This document shows positions 58,920-64,000 of a DNA stretch of 64,000 bases, piece by piece. The DNA is from Polyangiaceae bacterium (lineage in GTDB: Bacteria > Myxococcota_A > Polyangia > Polyangiales > Polyangiaceae), in NCBI GenBank assembly GCA_965222375.1, contig CBDCTZ010000015.1:416001-480000 (forward strand), written 5' to 3'. Numbering within the stretch: the stretch's first letter is position 1; each line of letters starts with the position of its first letter. Below the pieces are notes generated by a model. The model saw only the letters and a list, made by a program, of their open reading frames with translations. It had not been told where the DNA came from and did no database searches. The translations under genes were made by a program, and so were the position numbers.

Positions 58920-58997
58920 GGTTCCTCTCTCGATCTCAAGTCCGGCAACGTCGGCGCCGAAGAGATGGGCACCAACGCCGCGATGGTCCGGCAATGA
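58920..58997 (+). pseudogene. Orphan copy of the desaturase 3' end (57238..57315)
   Basis: GSSLDLKSGNVGAEEMGTNAAMVRQ* versus GSSLDLKSGNVDAEEMGTNAAMVRQ*; 7 differences in 78 nt. Confidence 0.9.
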
Positions 58998-59101
58998 GTT
59001 GCGACTGAATTGATCTCGGACAACGCGGAGACTCCGCGGTGCTCGTTTCTTCAGCCGGCTCGGTTGCCCGTGTTCCCGCGCGGTTGATGGTGGCGCAGGA
59101 C

Positions 59102-60793
59102 CTAGGGGCCTGACCACTTAAGCGGCAACTCGCAACTGATCGATAACGCTCAGGTTGCTGAGAGCAGCGTGCCGGCGGAGGTCGAAGAGGTTGTTGCGCT
59201 GACCACGGTAGCGAGCACGGTCGCCTTGGCGGTTATGCAGGGTCGCGAGGCTGTGTTCGACGGCAGTACGCTTGCGAAGGCGGGCGCGGCCTTCGCGCGT
59301 GCGGGCGTTTTCGCGCAGCTGGATGTGGAAGGGCTCATGGGGGTGTAGCGTGACGCTGCGGCCACGCCCCGGGGCGGCGCGCGTGCAGTCGTCGCGGCTG
59401 CGACATACATCGCAGCGGGCAGCTGGGAAGCGAGCGACGGAGCCAGCGCTCGCTTTAACCGCAACGCCTTCGGGACAACGGGCGATTCCCGCAGCCAGAT
59501 CGAGCTTGAAATCGGCCTTGGTGAAGCGCCCGCCGTTGCGCAACGGAAACGGTTTGCAGAAAACCTCTGTTCCTTCGGCGCGACGGGATTCGATCGCATC
59601 GTCGCCAAGGTAGCCTCGATCGATGTAGAGTTCTGAAACGGAGCCGCACTGTTCGAGTAATTCTGCCGAAGCGACACGTTCAGGACGATTCGCGGGGGTG
59701 ATCGCGACGGCGCAGATGATGCCGGGCGTATCGAGCTGTATCGCGATGTGTCGCTTGTAGCCGTCGATGCGTTTCTTCTTGCTCTTGCGGCCATGACGCA
59801 TGTCGGGGTCACTCACGCTAATGCGTCGGTCCTTCGCCACGCCGCGTGTGATCCGGCTCCCTCCGTCCCCGTCTGGATCGGGCTCGGTGTCCTGCGAGAC
59901 GAGCTTTTCCACCAGTGCCCACTGCCCGGCCAGCGGCGCTTCTTTCAGCGGTTTCGTCAGCTCTTTTTCGAGAAAGCGGCCGAGTGACTGTACCTGCTTG
60001 AGCAGTCGACCGAGCGCCTTGGTGCGCGCCCCAGGGTCGTCCCAGTCGATGTCGAGCCCTGTCTTGATGCTGGTGGCGTTGAGTACTGGGATCCCCGCAG
60101 CAGCCGCGACCTTGTCGACGGGTTGACCGAGCCGCCGCGCTGCCGTGCGAACGACGTGTAGCGAGGCGCGCCCGATGAGATTGAAGGTGTCCTCGACGCG
60201 ACCCGCGCCCCATAGTGGGCTGGCGTCGAATGCAGCACGCAGGTGCGTTGCACTGAATCCGCCCGTCTCGCGTGCGAGTTCGACCGTCTTGTTGAAGAGC
60301 AGCTCGTCGAGCCCATGCGCAATGACGCGCTGGCGAAAGTTGTAAAACGTGCCTTGCGAGAAGAGCGGCACTTCGATTCCCGCACAGTTGAGCACCATTT
60401 GCCAGCGGCGATCCATCAACGTAAGCTCAACCACCTCGTGGTCGGGCACACGCAGCGCGGCCTGCAGCAACATCGCAAGGCCGAGTTGAGCAGGCGGGAC
60501 GCGACCACGCCCCCGCTCCACGGGCGAATATGCCTCCGTCAGCTTCGCCTGCATCTCTTCGTCAAAAATCCTATGTCGCAGCTCGCGCAGGAATACGAAT
60601 ACTCTGCGTTTCGCACATCGCTTTGCGATGAACTTCTCACCACGCGACAGCTCGACCGGCGCCTTCCAGATCTCCATGGGGTCCTCCTGACCCCGTTTGA
60701 TCACTACACGCCCGGCGCGTCGATCCTGGCTTCTAAGCGATCGAACTTGCTTTGTATTTCGACGCCGCCGCTAGAATTTGATCGGGTCTCTAG
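59102..60793 (-). mobile_element. IS1182/IS5-like insertion sequence
   Basis: CTAG at both boundaries (59102, 60790); imperfect IR CTAGGGGCCTGACCA versus CTAGAGACCCGATCA. Confidence 0.65.
59118..60677 (-). CDS. IS1182-like DDE transposase
   Basis: FDAS, RISVSDPDMRHGRKSK..GYKRH, IDRGY, Cys cluster and RTAVEH; AGGAGG RBS. Confidence 0.85.
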   Translation of the reverse strand: MEIWKAPVELSRGEKFIAKRCAKRRVFVFLRELRHRIFDEEMQAKLTEAYSPVERGRGRVPPAQLGLAMLLQAALRVPDHEVVELTLMDRRWQMVLNCAGIEVPLFSQGTFYNFRQRVIAHGLDELLFNKTVELARETGGFSATHLRAAFDASPLWGAGRVEDTFNLIGRASLHVVRTAARRLGQPVDKVAAAAGIPVLNATSIKTGLDIDWDDPGARTKALGRLLKQVQSLGRFLEKELTKPLKEAPLAGQWALVEKLVSQDTEPDPDGDGGSRITRGVAKDRRISVSDPDMRHGRKSKKKRIDGYKRHIAIQLDTPGIICAVAITPANRPERVASAELLEQCGSVSELYIDRGYLGDDAIESRRAEGTEVFCKPFPLRNGGRFTKADFKLDLAAGIARCPEGVAVKASAGSVARFPAARCDVCRSRDDCTRAAPGRGRSVTLHPHEPFHIQLRENARTREGRARLRKRTAVEHSLATLHNRQGDRARYRGQRNNLFDLRRHAALSNLSVIDQLRVAA

Positions 60794-60971
60794 CCCGTAG
60801 TTGACGATGCGCAAGTCGAGCCGGCCTGCTCAGGGCAGGTGTCCCTCACTCATTTTGGGGAGCGAGATCGCCTACCGGCCTGCTCTGCAACATCGGCCCG
60901 ACGTGCGGCTTGGGCGAGCTCAGGACCACCCTAAACCTTGCGGGGCTTCAACCGTTCCTTGATGCAGTACC

Positions 60972-61973
60972 ATGCAGCGCACGCAGAGACCGCGGGAGAC
61001 GCCTGGAGCCACGTCAGCGACGGTTGGGGTAGAAGCGCTGCTGAACATCCGCCTGGCGTCAACGATGGTGAGTGGAGTGGCGGGAGAGCTGCACACGGCA
61101 GAGGAGAGCGCTCTTCACCTTCGCCAAAGCTGCTCGACGTCTGTGGATACCCTAGCGAGTCTCGAAGCAGAGCTGAAGGGCCTGCTCGCGCAGACCAAAA
61201 CCATCGACGGATTCGCTTCCAAGATCTCGAGCATCGCCCTCCACACGCGCGTACTGTCCCTAAACGCGACCATCGAAGCCGCGCGGGCGGGTGACGCCGG
61301 CCTTGGCTTCGGAGTTGTTGCTTCCGAAGTGCGCGACCTCTCCCAGGAAACGGCCACGGCGACCGTCGGTATCTCGGAGCACCTGGCGGCTTTGGTGCAG
61401 GCCGTAGGCAGAGTGCGGGCAGTCCATGAACAGCTCCGAACGCAAATGCAAGAGCTCGACCGTAAGACAGGCGAGCTTTCCAACACTGTCAGGGAGCAAG
61501 GGGAAGTAGTGAGCGCGGCTTGGCGCTATGTCGACGAAGTCGTCGAGTCAGCAGGGTCTGGCAACGGCAGCGATCGCGCGGCTTCCGGACAGGAAAATGT
61601 TGCTACTACGGGAAACGCTATGCAATCGAGCGCGGGCCTCTCGCCACCAACCTCGGTCGACGATGACCACTACGCTCTGTCCCCTATCGATGAGCCGTGC
61701 GCTCTGCCTCCCACCGACGATCCCTATGGACTGGCTCCCGTCGACGATCCGTATGGACTGGCTCCCGTGGAATCCGACGCTGACTCGAGCGCAGGAACGG
61801 CGGCTACGAAGGGAGGTGCCGAGCCGCCCCCAGACAGTTCTCGCGCAGTCCCGCCCTCGGAGAGCGATGTCGAGACTGGGGCGCAGAGCGACGAGCCCTA
61901 CTCCCTGCGTGACGACCCTCCTTCCCCGAGCCCGTGCGGTGGGATCCAAATTCAAGAAAGGAATATGCAATGA
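60972..61973 (+). CDS. Soluble methyl-accepting chemotaxis signalling-domain protein with an acidic repeat tail
   Basis: ISSIALHTRVLSLNATIEAARAGDAGLGFGVVASEVRDLS hairpin tip; no TM segments. Confidence 0.8.
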   Translation: MQRTQRPRETPGATSATVGVEALLNIRLASTMVSGVAGELHTAEESALHLRQSCSTSVDTLASLEAELKGLLAQTKTIDGFASKISSIALHTRVLSLNATIEAARAGDAGLGFGVVASEVRDLSQETATATVGISEHLAALVQAVGRVRAVHEQLRTQMQELDRKTGELSNTVREQGEVVSAAWRYVDEVVESAGSGNGSDRAASGQENVATTGNAMQSSAGLSPPTSVDDDHYALSPIDEPCALPPTDDPYGLAPVDDPYGLAPVESDADSSAGTAATKGGAEPPPDSSRAVPPSESDVETGAQSDEPYSLRDDPPSPSPCGGIQIQERNMQ

Positions 61974-62380
61974 GTCTCATCGAATGGAGCGACGATCTGA
62001 AGCTTGGAATCCCATCCCTCGACAAAGACCACCAGGTTCTGGTGCGCATGCTCAACGACCTCGCAGACGCCGTCGCGCAGTCCAAGAGTCAGGGTGTCTT
62101 GGAAAAGGTTCTTGCAGGCCTCCTCAACTACACGAAGACCCACTTCGCACGCGAGGAGCGCCACTTCGATCAGCATGGCTACCCGGACGAGGCAGCCCAC
62201 AAGCGCGAGCATGCCGCGTTGACCGAAAAGGCCTTCGCCGTGCAGGCCAAGCTCCAAGACGGCAACGCCTCTGTTCTCGGCATGGAGGTCTTGACGTTTC
62301 TCAAGGACTGGCTGGTGAACCACATCCAAGGGAGCGACGCGAGATACGCTCCTTTTCTGATCGAGCGAGGAGTCAAATAG
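61970..62380 (+). CDS. Bacteriohemerythrin
   Basis: W..LGIPSLDKDH, HFAREE, HKREH and WLVNHIQGSD; ATGA overlap with the MCP stop. Confidence 0.93.
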   Translation: MSLIEWSDDLKLGIPSLDKDHQVLVRMLNDLADAVAQSKSQGVLEKVLAGLLNYTKTHFAREERHFDQHGYPDEAAHKREHAALTEKAFAVQAKLQDGNASVLGMEVLTFLKDWLVNHIQGSDARYAPFLIERGVK

Positions 62381-62545
62381 CGAGCGAATCTTGGCTTTTG
62401 GGTTCGGGTCGCGTGCCCTGGAGCAAGCAGGGCCATTACTCTAGAACTGGAGCGGTGCGGTGCGCGACTGCACACGTGTGGACGGCAGGTTGACCCAGAC
62501 GCGGGTCGTCCGTACTGTCCTGGTCCCAAATTTGTGGAGGGCCCC

Positions 62546-63322
62546 ATGGCAGACAGAGGACGCAACGTTTGGTTTGATCTGATGACCCCGGACGTGGAGG
62601 GCGCGAAAGCGTTCTACGGCGAGGTAATCGGATGGAAGACGCAGCCCTACGCTGATGCGCCTGCCGACAAGCCGTACACGATGTGGCTCGTGGGTGAACT
62701 GCCCATTGGTGGAGTCATGACGCTCCCGGAAGAGGCCGCCAAGATGGGTGCTCCGCCCCACTGGATGGCCTACACGACAGTGGAAGACACCGATGCGGCG
62801 GCCAAGAAGGTGACGGAGCTCGGCGGCAAGATCTACAAAGAGCCCTGGGACATTCCGAATGTGGGGCGCGTGGCGATCGTCGCCGACCCGCAGGGCGCGG
62901 TGTTCGCCATCTTCAAGCCCACCGGTGAGATGAAAGTGGGCGGCGACGCCGTAGGCGAAATCGGCTGGAGTGAGCTCAACACCACCGACTACGAGTCTGC
63001 GTGGAAGTTCTACAGCGAGCTATTCGGTTGGAAGCACAAGAGCTCCTTCGACATGGGCCCGGATGGGACCTACTTCATGTGGCACGACGCGACCGAAGGT
63101 ACCCGCGGCGGGATGTCGAACGTGGCCAAGAAGATGAACATTCCTCCGCATTGGCTGTACTACGTCACCGTCGAAGACATCGACGCTACGGTGGAACGAG
63201 TCAAGAACAGCGGCGGCAAAATCATGAACGGACCCATGGAAGTCCCGGGCGGCGACAAGATCGCCCAGTGTGCGGACCCCCAAGGCGCCCACTTCGCGAT
63301 CTACGCAGAGAACAAGAAGTAG
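62546..63322 (+). CDS. Two-domain VOC/glyoxalase family protein
   Basis: Repeated W.(D/E)L.T.D...A..FY....GW, PPHW..Y and DPQGA.F motifs. Confidence 0.92.
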   Translation: MADRGRNVWFDLMTPDVEGAKAFYGEVIGWKTQPYADAPADKPYTMWLVGELPIGGVMTLPEEAAKMGAPPHWMAYTTVEDTDAAAKKVTELGGKIYKEPWDIPNVGRVAIVADPQGAVFAIFKPTGEMKVGGDAVGEIGWSELNTTDYESAWKFYSELFGWKHKSSFDMGPDGTYFMWHDATEGTRGGMSNVAKKMNIPPHWLYYVTVEDIDATVERVKNSGGKIMNGPMEVPGGDKIAQCADPQGAHFAIYAENKK

Positions 63323-63433
63323 GGCCGCGCGAGCTGCACCCCGTCGCAAGCCGAAAAACGCTGCTGCGACGGGGACTTGCGGTGGGCCATCGTGCGAGTA
63401 CGTCGGCGTGCGTCTGCACGCTAGCACTACTGG

Positions 63434-63947
63434 GTGGACCGCAAGCTCATCCCTCTGTTCACGCTGCTGCCCTCTGTTCACGCTGCTGCCCTTCGTCACG
63501 GCAGGCTGCTCGTTGCTTTCGGACTTGGACAGTACCCAGGGCGGCACGGTTGAAGAGGACGCCGGTGGCGACAGTGCGATCTCTCCCCGCGACGCAGCGG
63601 TGTCGACGTTGGTATCGAGGCGAGCAGCACGGTAGAGTGCTCCAGCTTGGGCAAGCAGTGCATCGGTAGCGCGCCGACGGACTGGCAAGGACCCATCGTG
63701 ATTGACGTTTCGTCCGCCACCACCGCGCCCTGTCCAAGCGACTTCCCGACGTCAGAGCTCAACACAGATGTCGTCTTTGCGAACCTGAACCCTGGCAGGC
63801 GCCGTGCGACCGTGCGCCAGCTAGCTCGCCGCTTACCGCACAGACCGACACTATTCGCACGGGCGAAGGAGTCCCCAGGTCGCAGCCGGGAACGGCAACT
63901 CGCCGGTGCCGCTGCGCGTCGTGGATTTCGCGAGCAATCTGGCCTAG
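63434..63947 (+). pseudogene. Frameshifted lipoprotein gene
   Basis: Removing a 19-bp duplication restores MDRKLIPLFTLLPFVTAGC. A second shift near 63600 leads into CIGSAPTDWQGPIV..CPSDFP. 3' limit is uncertain. Confidence 0.55.
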
Positions 63948-64000
63948 GAGTCCCTCATGTCCCTTGGCGTGCACCTAGCCCTTTCCGCCCGAGACGAAGA

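Noticed and set aside
57238..58997. DGR interpretation of the desaturase tail duplication
   Set aside because: Differences are mostly silent third-position changes, not A-to-N; no reverse transcriptase, despite the four-helix-bundle fragment.

Overview
GC-rich bacterial chromosome segment, most consistent with Myxococcota/Polyangiales (inferred from many Gly/Cys-rich lipoproteins, Ser/Thr kinases with a TPR/PEGA partner, sigma54 promoters and a MYXO-CTERM-like tail). Housekeeping or ordinary genes include an Ada-AlkA/ogt pair, a GH92 mannosidase, trpE, dnaJ, an RNB nuclease, an isolated FliI/YscN ATPase, two desaturases, an MCP plus hemerythrin, and a VOC protein. Four accessory zones interrupt them. 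(1) ~0.7-1.6 kb: orphan SUKH-3 immunity gene next to a truncated SDR. (2) ~14.85-27.25 kb: two diverged copies of an rpn / structured leader / DUF559 / rve-transposase module, plus IS21, IS110 and IS remnants. (3) ~51.5-54.3 kb: a DUF222-like HNH gene between 115-bp direct repeats. (4) ~57.3-60.8 kb: a hairpin-rich islet, then an IS1182-like element. The most striking pattern is that zone 2 and the islet of zone 4 each lie between an intact gene and a synonymously diverged orphan copy of that same gene's 3' end, with no tyrosine or serine integrase recognised. No rRNA, tRNA or CRISPR array was seen. All family assignments come from motif recognition by eye; no searches were run.
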